DNA from: Candidatus Parvarchaeum sp.
GTDB taxonomy: Archaea > Nanobdellota > Nanobdellia > Pacearchaeales > GW2011-AR1
Reading direction: 5' to 3'
Length of the DNA: 64,000 bases
Assembly: GCA_020724955.1 (NCBI GenBank)
Contig: DYFY01000003.1
Location: forward strand, 23,463-87,462
The translations under genes were made by a program, and so were the position numbers. This document shows positions 9,189-19,472 of the stretch, one piece after another; the stretch's first letter is position 1, and the number at the start of each line of letters is the position of its first letter. The notes under the pieces are model-generated. The model made no database searches. It was not told the origin of the DNA and saw nothing but the letters and a program-made list of their open reading frames with translations.

Positions 9189-10109
9189 ATGGTTACAAGA
9201 GCAACTAAAAAAAGGCAAAAAGAATTGATAAGCATCATCATTCCAGCATATAATGTTGAAAAAAAAATCGGAAGATGTTTAAACTCTTTGTTAAATCAAA
9301 CATACAAAAAAACTGAGATAATTGTTGTAGATGATGGATCTAAAGATAAAACTGCATCTATAGTAGAAGAATTTGTGGAGAAAAATAAAAAAGTTTTTTT
9401 GCTGCGGCAGGAAAGGAAAGGACCGGGAGCAGCAAAAAATTTTGCTGCTTCAAAAGCAAAAGGAAAAATCTTGGTTTTTGTTGATTCAGATGAATATCCA
9501 AGAAAAGATTACATAGAAAAACTGACTAGGCCAATAAGGGATGGAAAAGCAAAAACTTCTATAGGGGCCTGGTATGTCGCCAATCCTGAAAGCCCATGGG
9601 CAAGGTGCAGATTTACTAACTCACATGCATTAAGACAACATGCATTAAAATCCGGAGTTTTTAGAGCAATCGAAAAAAATTTTTTTGACAAGTTAGGAGG
9701 GTTTGACATAACAAAAGGCTATTCTGATGACAGAATACCTAATAACGAAAAGAGAGCCAGAGTAAAAGCAATATTTGACCATGACGTTGATTCTTCATTA
9801 AAAGAGATATACCAAAAAAGGAAATGGATCGGCTCTTCTGTGATGAAGAATCCGAAGAGCCTTAAATTCAAGCTAAAGGTTCTGGCTGGACTGGTTGGAG
9901 TAGCTTTGCTTATTTTATTCTTAATTTATTCAATTACTGCTTTTTGGATTCTAATAATCATCCTGCTAACTCCTTTAATTTACAAAACACTTGCCAAAGT
10001 TTTATTCTATAGGGATTTGAGACTATTGTTTTATTACCCAATATATTCTGTTATATGTTGGTGGGCCATGTTGCTCGGCTTTCTTAAGCCTGTTTACAGA
10101 AATAAGTAG
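9189..10109 (+). CDS. Glycosyltransferase family 2 with a C-terminal membrane segment
   Basis: 306 aa with ISIIIPAYNVEKKIGRCLNSLLNQTY, VDDGSKD and VDSDE motifs. The C-terminus has TM helices. Confidence 0.8.
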   Translation: MVTRATKKRQKELISIIIPAYNVEKKIGRCLNSLLNQTYKKTEIIVVDDGSKDKTASIVEEFVEKNKKVFLLRQERKGPGAAKNFAASKAKGKILVFVDSDEYPRKDYIEKLTRPIRDGKAKTSIGAWYVANPESPWARCRFTNSHALRQHALKSGVFRAIEKNFFDKLGGFDITKGYSDDRIPNNEKRARVKAIFDHDVDSSLKEIYQKRKWIGSSVMKNPKSLKFKLKVLAGLVGVALLILFLIYSITAFWILIIILLTPLIYKTLAKVLFYRDLRLLFYYPIYSVICWWAMLLGFLKPVYRNK

Positions 10110-10142
10110 AACCTTTAAAAAGGGCTTTTTGTTTAAAAAAAT

Positions 10143-11120
10143 ATGAAAACTTATCTTGTGACAGGAGGAGCAGGATTTATAGGGAGCCATCTCTGCGAAG
10201 CTCTTCTTGAAAAAGGGAATAAAGTTTATTCTATAGATGATTTAAGCACGGGAAGAATTGAAAATGTTAATATTTTGAAGGAAAAATATCCTGATAGTTT
10301 TATTCATCATACATCTTCAATAGAGGATGCTGGGGAGCTGATTGCAGATATTCTAGAAAAGTGCGATGTTATTTATCATTTGGCTGCTGCTGTTGGTGTA
10401 AAGAATGTGGTTGATAATCCAATCCGTACATTAAAAACAAATCTAAGAGGAACAGAAATTGTTCTTGATGAAGCGGCAAAAAAAGATAAAAGGACCATAA
10501 TCGCGTCAACTTCAGAGGTTTATGGAAAGGCAGGAGAAAATGGTGCCTTAAAGGAAACAGACGATCTTCTTCTAGGGTCCTCGTATCACACAAGATGGGG
10601 TTATGCTGTATCAAAGCTTGCAGATGAGCATCTTGCTCTTGCTTACCACAAAGAAAAAAGCCTGCCCGTTACAGTTATAAGGTTCTTTAATACAATAGGG
10701 CCAAGGCAAATAGGAACTTATGGAATGGTTGTGCCAAGGTTTGTCGGGTGGGCATTAAGAAATGAGCCAATACAGGTTTATGGAGATGGAAAACAAACAA
10801 GATGCTTTTGTTTTGTTGGAGATACAATAAATGCTTTGACTGGCTTAGAGGATAGAAAAGAGGCAGTGGGAGAAATATTCAACATAGGAAATCCCAAAGA
10901 AATAAGCATGGATAGTCTGGCGAATATGATAAAGGAAAAACTAAAAAGCTCTTCTGAAATAGTTCATGTTCCTTACGATAAGGCATATAGCAAGGGGTTT
11001 GAGGACATGAAAAGAAGAGTGCCAGACATCAGCAAAATAAAAGAGTTGATTGGGTGGGAGCCAAAAACAAGTCTGGATGAAACAATAAATTTAATTTCCA
11101 GCTGGATGTCTTCTGATTAG
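10143..11120 (+). CDS. NAD-dependent sugar-nucleotide epimerase/dehydratase (extended SDR)
   Basis: 325 aa with TGGAGFIGSHL and a catalytic YAVSK (YxxxK). Confidence 0.8.
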   Translation: MKTYLVTGGAGFIGSHLCEALLEKGNKVYSIDDLSTGRIENVNILKEKYPDSFIHHTSSIEDAGELIADILEKCDVIYHLAAAVGVKNVVDNPIRTLKTNLRGTEIVLDEAAKKDKRTIIASTSEVYGKAGENGALKETDDLLLGSSYHTRWGYAVSKLADEHLALAYHKEKSLPVTVIRFFNTIGPRQIGTYGMVVPRFVGWALRNEPIQVYGDGKQTRCFCFVGDTINALTGLEDRKEAVGEIFNIGNPKEISMDSLANMIKEKLKSSSEIVHVPYDKAYSKGFEDMKRRVPDISKIKELIGWEPKTSLDETINLISSWMSSD

Positions 11121-12284
11121 TTCTTCTGCCGCTTTTATTACTTGACTAGATTTTATATTTTTCAGGCAATTAAAATTATCTTTGAGTGGAAGCTTCCTCA
11201 TGCTTTTATAGGCCGGTCCCCTGTCAACTAAGATTATATTTCTGTCAGAATTTAGTGGCCAAGCTCCTGCAATTTCAGGTATTGAAGGTCCCATTAACTC
11301 AACAATTTTTGCATTTATTGGATCTTGGTAGGCAAGATGAATTATGCTTGTGTCTGTTGCTATAAGAAGAACGCTTTTTTTCAATAAACATCCAACTTCT
11401 TTTATTGATAACCTTCCGCAAGCACTTATTATTTGCTCTTTATATTTTGAATGCTTTCTTATTTCATCGAAAAGAATTTGTTCATCTCTTGTTCCCGTAA
11501 TTATAATCTTGTAGCCCCTTTCTATAAAATAGTCTGCAACTTCCGCATACCTTTCTAGATTCCAGAGGTGAGGCGCCCGCTTTCCTTTTTTATAGAATTC
11601 AGCAACATATTTTCCCCCAGGATGTAATATTATGAATTCATCTAGCTTGTTTTTTTTGATGAAGGATTCTGCACCTTCACTCTCCTCTTTTGTAAACTCT
11701 AAAAAAGGCTTTTTCTCTCTAAATTTAAAACCAAGAGCTTCAAACATTCTGAATCTCATATCAACCATATGCTCTGAAATTCTGTTATGGATTTTCCTTG
11801 TATATCCTAAGATTTTCTGCCTTGTAAAAAAGCCTTTTAATGAAAGATTTGTAAATCCTATTCTATAAGGTATAAAATAAAAGTCATCAATCATAAATCT
11901 ACCAGGGTTGAGAAAAAGTAGTGCGTCAAAGGATTCTTTTTTCAGAGAATCAGGATTAAAACCTTCTTTGAATTTTATTACCTTAATATCTCTCAATCTT
12001 CCAAAATTTTTTAACGTAGACTCGTCACTCAAAAGCCATAATTTTGATCCGGGATTATCTTTCTTGAAAGCATTTAATACTCCCAAAGTTATAAAGTCCC
12101 CTCCAACATTCCCCTTTTCTTGATTAATCAACAGAACAAGGATTTTTTTTATCTTCTCAGTCTTTATTTTTTTTCCAGATTCTGAGTCAAAAAAAGACCA
12201 TAACAAATAATCAAAAAAAGATAATAGCCTTCTTAAAATGTTGTGGGTGAAAACAGCAAATCTCATCCCAATTTTCAGAGCCAT
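11091..12284 (-). CDS. Glycosyltransferase family 9 (heptosyltransferase-like)
   Basis: 397 aa with HPGGKY...W..ERYAEVADYFIERGYKIIITG and LLIATDTSIIHLA motifs. Confidence 0.7.
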   Translation of the reverse strand: MALKIGMRFAVFTHNILRRLLSFFDYLLWSFFDSESGKKIKTEKIKKILVLLINQEKGNVGGDFITLGVLNAFKKDNPGSKLWLLSDESTLKNFGRLRDIKVIKFKEGFNPDSLKKESFDALLFLNPGRFMIDDFYFIPYRIGFTNLSLKGFFTRQKILGYTRKIHNRISEHMVDMRFRMFEALGFKFREKKPFLEFTKEESEGAESFIKKNKLDEFIILHPGGKYVAEFYKKGKRAPHLWNLERYAEVADYFIERGYKIIITGTRDEQILFDEIRKHSKYKEQIISACGRLSIKEVGCLLKKSVLLIATDTSIIHLAYQDPINAKIVELMGPSIPEIAGAWPLNSDRNIILVDRGPAYKSMRKLPLKDNFNCLKNIKSSQVIKAAEELIRRHPAGN

Positions 12285-12286
12285 TC

Positions 12287-14074
12287 ATGGGCAAAAGGAG
12301 GAATATTTATAAAGCTTATCAAGATTTCTTTTTCATGTACATACTTGGAATAAATGCAGGACATACTGCGACAGCATGTTTGTTAAAGGACGGGGAAGTG
12401 ATAGGGTGCATAAGCGAAGAGAGGTTTTCTAGAATAAAGAATCACTCGGGCTTTCCGAGACAAGCAGTTAAATATCTTTTAGAATTAGAAAAAATAGGCT
12501 CGTGTGATTTAGACATGATAGTCATGGACAATAATTTTAAAAAAGATCCTTTTTTCGAGAAAAAATTTTTGCAAGCATATACAAAAAAATCCAGAAAAGA
12601 CAAAATCCTCTCCAAAGTAGGATATAAATTTCCTTATCTTTTTTCAAGATATCTTAAAATAAAGCGCCCATTTTTTATATCCAGAAAGAAAAAAAACGCA
12701 GACAAAATTAAAAAGAAAGTTTCTCATATCATGGGTGTTCCAGAGAGTAAAATAGAAATAGCTGACCATCATACCCTTCACGCTATGTCTTGCTGTTTTA
12801 ATCTGCCTCCAAATAAGAAAAATCTTATTTTTACTCTAGATGGTGAGGGAGACGGTTTGTGCGCCTCAGTAAATCTTTTTGATGGAAAAAAATTTGAGAC
12901 TATATCCAGAACAAATAAGTCTGCCTCATTGGGTTATCTTTATTCAATAGCAACGATTTTTTTAGGAATGAAACCGCTTCAGCACGAATTCAAGGTAATG
13001 GGATTGGCGCCTTATGCCAAATCTCACAACGTTGACAAAATCTATCCTTTATTTGAAAAACTAATATCGGTGAATAGCAACTTGGAATTTGTATCAAAAT
13101 TTAATATGCCTTTTGCAGATCATTTTTTTAGAGAAGAAATGGAGTTTGTAAGGTTTGATGTAATTGCAGGAGCAGTCCAGAAGCTGGTTGAAGAAAAAAC
13201 GGTTGAATGGGTCTTAAAATCCATTAGAAAAACAGGGATAAAAAATGTCTCTTTATCCGGAGGAGTTTTTATGAACGTCAAGGCAAATCAGAAAATTTCC
13301 AAGCTTAAAGAAGTGAAAGATTTTTTTGTGATGCCAAGTTGTGGGGACGAATCCAACGCAATCGGAGCTTGTTTCTACGGGTATTTAGCTCACTGTCAAA
13401 AAAATAATCTCAAATTTTCTGTAAAACCAATAAAACATCTTTACTTGGGCCCGAAATATGATGATATGTATATAGAGAGACTAATATCTGAGAACAATTT
13501 GTTTAAAAAATATGATATTTCTAGGCCAAAAGAAATTAATAAGGAAATTGCTAGGTTGTTAGCCAGCGGAGAAATAGTCGCTCGCTGTTCAGGAAGAAGC
13601 GAATGGGGAGCCAGAGCCCTAGGAAACAGATCTATTTTAGCTAATCCAAGAAACAGAGACACTGTGAGAATATTGAACGAAACTATAAAGGATAGGGATT
13701 TTTGGATGCCATTTACTCCAAGCATCCTAGATCGCTTTGAAAAAATCTACATAAAGAATCCAAAAAAAATCGACGCTTACTACATGATTGTAACTTTTGA
13801 CTCTACAGAGAAAGCCAAAGAAGATCTTCCTGCTGCAATGCATCCTTATGATTTTACCTTGCGACCTCAAATTGTAAGAAAAGAGCATAACAAAGATTAT
13901 TACCAAATTTTAACTTACTTTGAAAAATTTACAGGTTGTGGAGGTATTCTGAATACCTCTTTTAATCTTCACGGAGAGCCAAACGTTTTAACCCCAGAAG
14001 ACGCCCTACATACTGTTGAAAATTCAGATATCAAATATTTGGCTATGGAAAATTATCTCTTCAAAAAAAAGTAA
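12287..14074 (+). CDS. Carbamoyltransferase (NodU/CmcH family)
   Basis: 595 aa. ILGINAGHTATACLLKDGEVIGCISEERFSRIKNHSGFP is a typical family N-terminus. The C-terminal part has NTSFNLHGEP. Confidence 0.85.
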   Translation: MGKRRNIYKAYQDFFFMYILGINAGHTATACLLKDGEVIGCISEERFSRIKNHSGFPRQAVKYLLELEKIGSCDLDMIVMDNNFKKDPFFEKKFLQAYTKKSRKDKILSKVGYKFPYLFSRYLKIKRPFFISRKKKNADKIKKKVSHIMGVPESKIEIADHHTLHAMSCCFNLPPNKKNLIFTLDGEGDGLCASVNLFDGKKFETISRTNKSASLGYLYSIATIFLGMKPLQHEFKVMGLAPYAKSHNVDKIYPLFEKLISVNSNLEFVSKFNMPFADHFFREEMEFVRFDVIAGAVQKLVEEKTVEWVLKSIRKTGIKNVSLSGGVFMNVKANQKISKLKEVKDFFVMPSCGDESNAIGACFYGYLAHCQKNNLKFSVKPIKHLYLGPKYDDMYIERLISENNLFKKYDISRPKEINKEIARLLASGEIVARCSGRSEWGARALGNRSILANPRNRDTVRILNETIKDRDFWMPFTPSILDRFEKIYIKNPKKIDAYYMIVTFDSTEKAKEDLPAAMHPYDFTLRPQIVRKEHNKDYYQILTYFEKFTGCGGILNTSFNLHGEPNVLTPEDALHTVENSDIKYLAMENYLFKKK

Positions 14075-14839
14075 TTATTCATCCAGCTTGGCATAAATTG
14101 TTCCAAATATTTTACCTCTCTTTATCCAAACATTGAAATTGTTGTCTTTTAAAAATCTAGCTATCTCCTCACCATTCCTTAGAGCATAATTATGATATTC
14201 CATAGATATCTTCTTTATTTTTTTCATTTCGTTTTTTGACAAAGAAAATAAAATATCATATTCAGCGCCCTCACAATCCATTTTGAGAAAGTCAACTCTT
14301 GGAAGAGTCTTTATTATTTTTTTGAAATTCATTTTGTCGACTATTCTAGTTTCATAATTGTCTGCTAATTTTATGAAAGAGTTCTGGCCTCTATTTCTCT
14401 CCTTTGAGACGTAGAGATTAACATTTCCTTCAGAATTGGAAACTGCCCTGTTGAACGCAAAAACGTTTTTTTTTCTATTGAGACTCAAATTTTTCTTCAT
14501 CAATTGAAAATTCTCTTTCACTGGCTCAAAAGCGTAAATTTTGCCATTTTTCGCACAGTGAGCTGCAAAAATAGTGAAGATTCCTATATGGGCTCCAACA
14601 TCAATAACGATATCATTTTCTTTTATCTCAAATCCGTAGGGAGTGTAAGTTTTATGAAGCCAAATTTCATTTATTATAAATCTATCAGTAGTGCCTCCTC
14701 TTACTTGATATCTTAAACCATTATAGAGCTTGTAAGTAATAACTTTTCCATTTTTAAAACCCAGAAAATCTAATATATAGATAGGATAATTTTTCACCGT
14801 TTTAATCAATTTGAACAAAGTCTTTATTTTTTTTGTCAT
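14075..14839 (-). CDS. FkbM-family methyltransferase
   Basis: 254 aa with VIDVGAHIGIFT, YAFEP and LKMDCEGAE motifs. Confidence 0.75.
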   Translation of the reverse strand: MTKKIKTLFKLIKTVKNYPIYILDFLGFKNGKVITYKLYNGLRYQVRGGTTDRFIINEIWLHKTYTPYGFEIKENDIVIDVGAHIGIFTIFAAHCAKNGKIYAFEPVKENFQLMKKNLSLNRKKNVFAFNRAVSNSEGNVNLYVSKERNRGQNSFIKLADNYETRIVDKMNFKKIIKTLPRVDFLKMDCEGAEYDILFSLSKNEMKKIKKISMEYHNYALRNGEEIARFLKDNNFNVWIKRGKIFGTIYAKLDE

Positions 14840-14893
14840 GCTCTATCTGTTAAAATAAATGTTATAAATCTTTTGTCAGTACATTATATAGCG

Positions 14894-16435
14894 CTAATTA
14901 ACCTTTCCTTTAAATTTAAGGACTTTCCTTTTAAAAGAATTCAATATTAACTTGTCATTTTCATCTAAACACTTTGTGATTAATATCCCTGCTAAATAAA
15001 GAGAAAAATAGAGTAACAAAAGAATTATTGTTGTCGCATACCCTCCTTGTAAAAATTCTTTTATAAGAAAAAGAGCTGCACCTGAGAGAACAGAAATTGC
15101 AGCTATTTTTAACATTTGGGTTTTCACTGGAAATATGCCTAATTCTTTTTTCGCTTGAAAAGCAAAAATTAATCCCAAGGCCATCAAGGATAACATTGTT
15201 GAAAAGGCAGCCCCATTTATCCCATATTTTGGAACAAGAGCGATGTTAAGTAGCAAATTAAAAAAAGTTATAACTCCTATATCCACCAAAATTAATTTTG
15301 TTTTTCCTTTCATTGATAAAAGTTCTTTTGAAATCTCAAAAAGCGAGGTAAACATAGCTCCAACAGCCAAAAATCTTAAAGCTTCCTTTGCAACCAAATA
15401 TTCATTGCCGAAAAAAAGACTAATAAAGCTTCCAGGAAATAACATTATTAGTACAAAAAAAGGAAAACTCAGCATGAACACCCACTTTCCGACTTGTTTG
15501 CTTAATTGGCTCACAACAAAGTAGTTTTTCTTCGAGTACTCTTTGGTGACCAATGGAAAAAATAAATGTCTGAACAAATCTATAGAAATTGTCAAAGCCA
15601 ATGCTATTGGAATCGCAGCATTATAAAATCCGACATCCTTTACCGTTTTAAACAGTCCTATGATAAATGTATCCGTCCAATGTAGAAGAGTTATGGCGAA
15701 GCCAAAAAAAATTAAGGGCCAAGAATAAGAAAACATTTCTCCGAGGCCAGACTCTTTGCTTTTTCTCTCATCTTGGCTAGTAAATACAAAGGGAACTTTG
15801 AGTTTTAAATAAAGCAAAGACGCTAAAAATGTAATAATTGCTCCACCGAGATAAGAAAGAGAAATCGCTATTTGGCTTAACCCATAAAGAGCTAGGAAAA
15901 CCACTAAGATTAATTTAGTTCCACTATCTAAGATTTTTGAGATTAACGAATGGCTGTTAACCAGTTCAAAAGCCCGCATAACTGCCAGCATAGAACTGGA
16001 TAAAACAACAAATGGAATAACCAGGCTAAAAATTTTTAAAAAAATCACCAGGTCGGAATTATTGAAGATGTTTCCAGCTATGAATTCGCTAAGGAAGAAA
16101 AGAAGAATAGATGCAACCAAGCTAAAAAACGCTAGTAAATAAAAAGACTTTCTAAAAATCATGGAGATTTTATCATATTGTTTTTTGCCTCTAAAAAATG
16201 AAACAAATCTCGTCAGGCCATTCGGCAAGCCCATTCCAGCAACAATTGTGAACCATCCTATAATCATGAGAGAGAGAGAAAGTAGCCCATAGGCTTCAGG
16301 GCCATAAAATCTGGCTGTAACTATTCTATACATATAGGTAAAAGCTTTTGAAAGAATAACTGCTATAAAAATTACAAATGAGCTCTTAGCCAATAGCTTG
16401 AGGGACAAATCAAATTCTTCCTTTTCAGTTTTCAT
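14894..16435 (-). CDS. Polysaccharide flippase (MOP/Wzx-type)
   Basis: 513 aa with about 12-14 hydrophobic helices. It lies at the edge of the glycan cluster. Confidence 0.7.
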   Translation of the reverse strand: MKTEKEEFDLSLKLLAKSSFVIFIAVILSKAFTYMYRIVTARFYGPEAYGLLSLSLMIIGWFTIVAGMGLPNGLTRFVSFFRGKKQYDKISMIFRKSFYLLAFFSLVASILLFFLSEFIAGNIFNNSDLVIFLKIFSLVIPFVVLSSSMLAVMRAFELVNSHSLISKILDSGTKLILVVFLALYGLSQIAISLSYLGGAIITFLASLLYLKLKVPFVFTSQDERKSKESGLGEMFSYSWPLIFFGFAITLLHWTDTFIIGLFKTVKDVGFYNAAIPIALALTISIDLFRHLFFPLVTKEYSKKNYFVVSQLSKQVGKWVFMLSFPFFVLIMLFPGSFISLFFGNEYLVAKEALRFLAVGAMFTSLFEISKELLSMKGKTKLILVDIGVITFFNLLLNIALVPKYGINGAAFSTMLSLMALGLIFAFQAKKELGIFPVKTQMLKIAAISVLSGAALFLIKEFLQGGYATTIILLLLYFSLYLAGILITKCLDENDKLILNSFKRKVLKFKGKVN

Positions 16436-16501
16436 TAGTCTACTGAAAAATTAAACTAAATAAACCTTGTCAATGAAGCTCATTTTTTTCTGAGTTTAAA
16501 T

Positions 16502-16951
16502 CTATTCTTTTTCAAACAAAGCCAGGTATTCTTTCACTCTGCCGACTGTCTGCGGAATCAAGAAATTTTCAATTTTATTTGCAAAAATTTCAGAAAGAGG
16601 CTCAAATTCTGAAAGTCTGTAAAGATTATTTTTCTTGTCGACAAGCATCAAGTCCCTTAGTCTTTTTAATTGCCTCCTGATGTTGCTCTCTGCCAAGCCT
16701 TTTTCCTCAAGCGAGTGCTGTTTTCTTATTTCCTTAATCCTCTCAATTATCTCAAAAGAGCTTATCTCTTTTCTTTCTTTTCTTGCATTTTCAAGCGCCA
16801 AAAGTATGTCCACAATTACGTCTCTTGAATCTCCCGGCTGTAATAATCCAAGAGAAAGGCAAATTTTTCTCACAAGCTCTCTTTTTGATGCGCTGTAAGG
16901 TCTTTCATACCTGCGCAATATTATTTCGTTTAACGGAATGTCTCTTGCCAT
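16502..16951 (-). CDS. Hypothetical protein, possible winged-helix DNA-binding protein
   Basis: 149 aa, basic and helical. I recognise no clear motif. Confidence 0.35.
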   Translation of the reverse strand: MARDIPLNEIILRRYERPYSASKRELVRKICLSLGLLQPGDSRDVIVDILLALENARKERKEISSFEIIERIKEIRKQHSLEEKGLAESNIRRQLKRLRDLMLVDKKNNLYRLSEFEPLSEIFANKIENFLIPQTVGRVKEYLALFEKE

Positions 16952-17002
16952 GGTTCTTTTTAGTATAACAATAATTATAAATCTACTTGTTAAAACTCTC
17001 AG

Positions 17003-17356
17003 ATGGAACTAGTGGCTTTTCTTGGAGAAGACTCTGAAAATTGGGGGCAGATTACAGGTTTGATAAACCGGGGAAACTGGGACAAAATAATACTTGTTAA
17101 AAACACCCAGACCAAGTCTTTTCCAATTAACGAAAAAACAGAATTGATAACCGTAGAAAGTTCAAAGAAGCTTCTTGAGCTGAAAAAAGAGCTGATGCAA
17201 AAATTAAAAGGCAAGTTTTCAGAATTCGAAGCGTGTGTTTCAATAGCTTCAGGCACAGGAAAAGAGCACATGGCTTTGCTTTCTGCCCTTCTCTCGCTTC
17301 CAGTCGGAATAAGGCTCGTTGCTTTTACAAAAAACGGAGTTGAATTTGTTAATTAA
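17003..17356 (+). CDS. Hypothetical protein
   Basis: 117-aa ORF with good coding appearance. It is divergent from 16502..16951. Confidence 0.4.
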   Translation: MELVAFLGEDSENWGQITGLINRGNWDKIILVKNTQTKSFPINEKTELITVESSKKLLELKKELMQKLKGKFSEFEACVSIASGTGKEHMALLSALLSLPVGIRLVAFTKNGVEFVN

Positions 17357-17412
17357 ATGCCTCAAAAATTTGTTCTTTCAGCAAAAATTGCTTTTCTGCA
17401 AGATTAGGCCAG

Positions 17413-18843
17413 TCAAAAGAAAATAAAAACCCACTTAACCATCATAGCCAGCAATAAGAAGACTATAAACCAGGTTGCAAATGCAAATGCTTTTTTCCCT
17501 AATTTTTCGCTTCCTGTAATCCCCCAAATTGTGAGGTAGAAAAATCTTCCGCCGTCAAGAATGGAAAGAGGAAGCATATTGAAAAGAGCCACTAAAATAT
17601 TTATTACAGTTATCCACCACAACAGATAGTAAATAAACCAAGCGATGTCTCCATCCCAGTTAGGCTCGTAGTGTATAAATGGATTTTTCACTTTTTCAAC
17701 CTGGGACATAAAAAATCCGGTTATTGCTCCCCTATTTGATTCTACGAATCCTATCCCAAGATAAGCATTTCCGTCTCTGTTTCCCAAATTGATTTTATAT
17801 GTTTTTACAGCCCCATCATCAGAAGCAGTTACAATAACTTCATCTCCCGGAGAATACTTTCTGAGCTCCTCTCTCAAAGATTCAGGATTTTCGATTTTAA
17901 CCCCATTGATTTCTCTAATTGCCCCTTTTATTCCAGCTCTAACCGCCGGAGCATCATCGTAAACAATAATGCTTTGTATATCTTTTTCAAGAGCATTAAT
18001 CAGGCTTTTCGACTGCACCAAAAAAGTTTTTTCCCCAATGCTGACATTGACTATTTCGCTTTCCAAATACCCCGGGACATACGGATCGTCTAAATATATT
18101 AACGACTTAGGGTCTTCAATTGGAATTCCAGAAACTTCTGTTATTTCAAAAGGATTTATCGCAGTCGTCGCATAAGAATTGAATTGCACTCCGGCCGGGC
18201 TAAAGCTTAGAGCAAAAAATCCAAGAAGTATTGCTCCGAAAATTACAGCCATAATGACATTAGCAAATGTCCCTGCGGCAAGAATTGCTAGCTGGGGAAA
18301 TTTTTTGGCTTTTTGCATTTGCTTTTCGTCAGGCTCTACAAATGCCCCAAGTATTGGCCCAAGAAATGCAAATCCTGTTGTTTTGACTTTTATTTTATTT
18401 AGTCTGGCAAATATTCCGTGGGCAAATTCATGGCTGACAGCAACGATAATCAGTGCGACTAGGAAATAAGTAAAATAAAGAGGAGGGAAAAAAGATTCTA
18501 GCTTAAATATGGCTGGAAAATAAGGAATCAGCGGAGCTATCGGCGGCGCTTTAATTAACTGCGCAATTATCGGAGAAGTGATGTATATGTAAGCAGTTCT
18601 TATGAGGAGCCAAACCATACTTATCAAAAGAATATATCCGGAAGCAACAACCACAATCTGCATGGGCTTCAATATTCGTGAAAATTTTGAAACCGTCCAG
18701 TCCATCAGTCTTATTCCAAGCTTAGTCCTGTACAGATACAATATTCCCTGCCGCTTAAGGTTCTCCCTCTTCCTGTAAAGAAAAGTTATCACTGCAAGTG
18801 TAAAAATCACTAGAAATGCGATGTCATACATAATGAAACTCAT
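17413..18843 (-). CDS. Site-2 protease (M50 metalloprotease) with a PDZ domain
   Basis: 476 aa. It has HEFAHG (HExxH) in a TM helix and a distal NMLPLSILDGG motif, with a soluble PDZ-like insert between them. Confidence 0.85.
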   Translation of the reverse strand: MSFIMYDIAFLVIFTLAVITFLYRKRENLKRQGILYLYRTKLGIRLMDWTVSKFSRILKPMQIVVVASGYILLISMVWLLIRTAYIYITSPIIAQLIKAPPIAPLIPYFPAIFKLESFFPPLYFTYFLVALIIVAVSHEFAHGIFARLNKIKVKTTGFAFLGPILGAFVEPDEKQMQKAKKFPQLAILAAGTFANVIMAVIFGAILLGFFALSFSPAGVQFNSYATTAINPFEITEVSGIPIEDPKSLIYLDDPYVPGYLESEIVNVSIGEKTFLVQSKSLINALEKDIQSIIVYDDAPAVRAGIKGAIREINGVKIENPESLREELRKYSPGDEVIVTASDDGAVKTYKINLGNRDGNAYLGIGFVESNRGAITGFFMSQVEKVKNPFIHYEPNWDGDIAWFIYYLLWWITVINILVALFNMLPLSILDGGRFFYLTIWGITGSEKLGKKAFAFATWFIVFLLLAMMVKWVFIFF

Positions 18844-18851
18844 TTATTCAC

Positions 18852-19022
18852 CTATTTTTTCTTGGACTTTGCGGCCCTGAAGCTCTTCTTGCCGCATCTT
18901 CTGCATCTGACAGTTTTTTCTATGACTCTTATAGAGTCTGTTCTCATTTTTTGCCCGCAACTTTTGCAGATAAAAATATTCTTAAAAAGCCTGTTCTTCG
19001 CCGCCGGTATTGATGTCGCCAT
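18852..19022 (-). CDS. rpl40e: Ribosomal protein L40e
   Basis: Hand-translated 56-aa ORF below the track cutoff: MATSIPAAKNRLFKNIFICKSCGQKMRTDSIRVIEKTVRCRRCGKKSFRAAKSKKK. It has the C-x2-C...C-x2-C zinc ribbon and basic tail typical of archaeal L40e. Confidence 0.75.
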   Translation of the reverse strand: MATSIPAAKNRLFKNIFICKSCGQKMRTDSIRVIEKTVRCRRCGKKSFRAAKSKKK

Positions 19023-19032
19023 TTTAATTTAT

Positions 19033-19425
19033 TTAAAGAACCCTCTTTATTCCTTTCTGCCCTTCAACATCCCAGTACTCAACCTGTTTTTCCGCTTCTA
19101 TTTCCCCCTCCAGCTCCTCAGGAAGAGGAAGATCCATTGTTTCAAAGCTTTCCAGATCCATTACACTGACGTTTTTTCCTGAAACGCTCAACACCTGCGC
19201 TTTTCTTTTATCTATGTTTGGAACTTCAAATCTCTCATGACCCGGAACAGCAAGGACTTTTTTCTTCCCTGAAAATATTCCGATAGCTTCGATTCTGCAT
19301 TTGCTTGCCCCGTGCTTTCCAGACTTGCTGATATCATTGCTTTTTACGCTATAAGACTCACCCTCAATAATGATGTTAGCCCCGCTTTTTGCCTGTGTAG
19401 CATCAATTAGTTTCAAAACCATCAA
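19033..19425 (-). CDS. eif5a: Translation initiation factor 5A
   Basis: 130 aa with the hypusine-loop motif SKSGKHGASK and a C-terminal OB domain. Confidence 0.9.
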   Translation of the reverse strand: MMVLKLIDATQAKSGANIIIEGESYSVKSNDISKSGKHGASKCRIEAIGIFSGKKKVLAVPGHERFEVPNIDKRKAQVLSVSGKNVSVMDLESFETMDLPLPEELEGEIEAEKQVEYWDVEGQKGIKRVL

Positions 19426-19472
19426 TACCTTTCACAAGAAACGTTTATAAAACTTATTATTTCATCATACAG

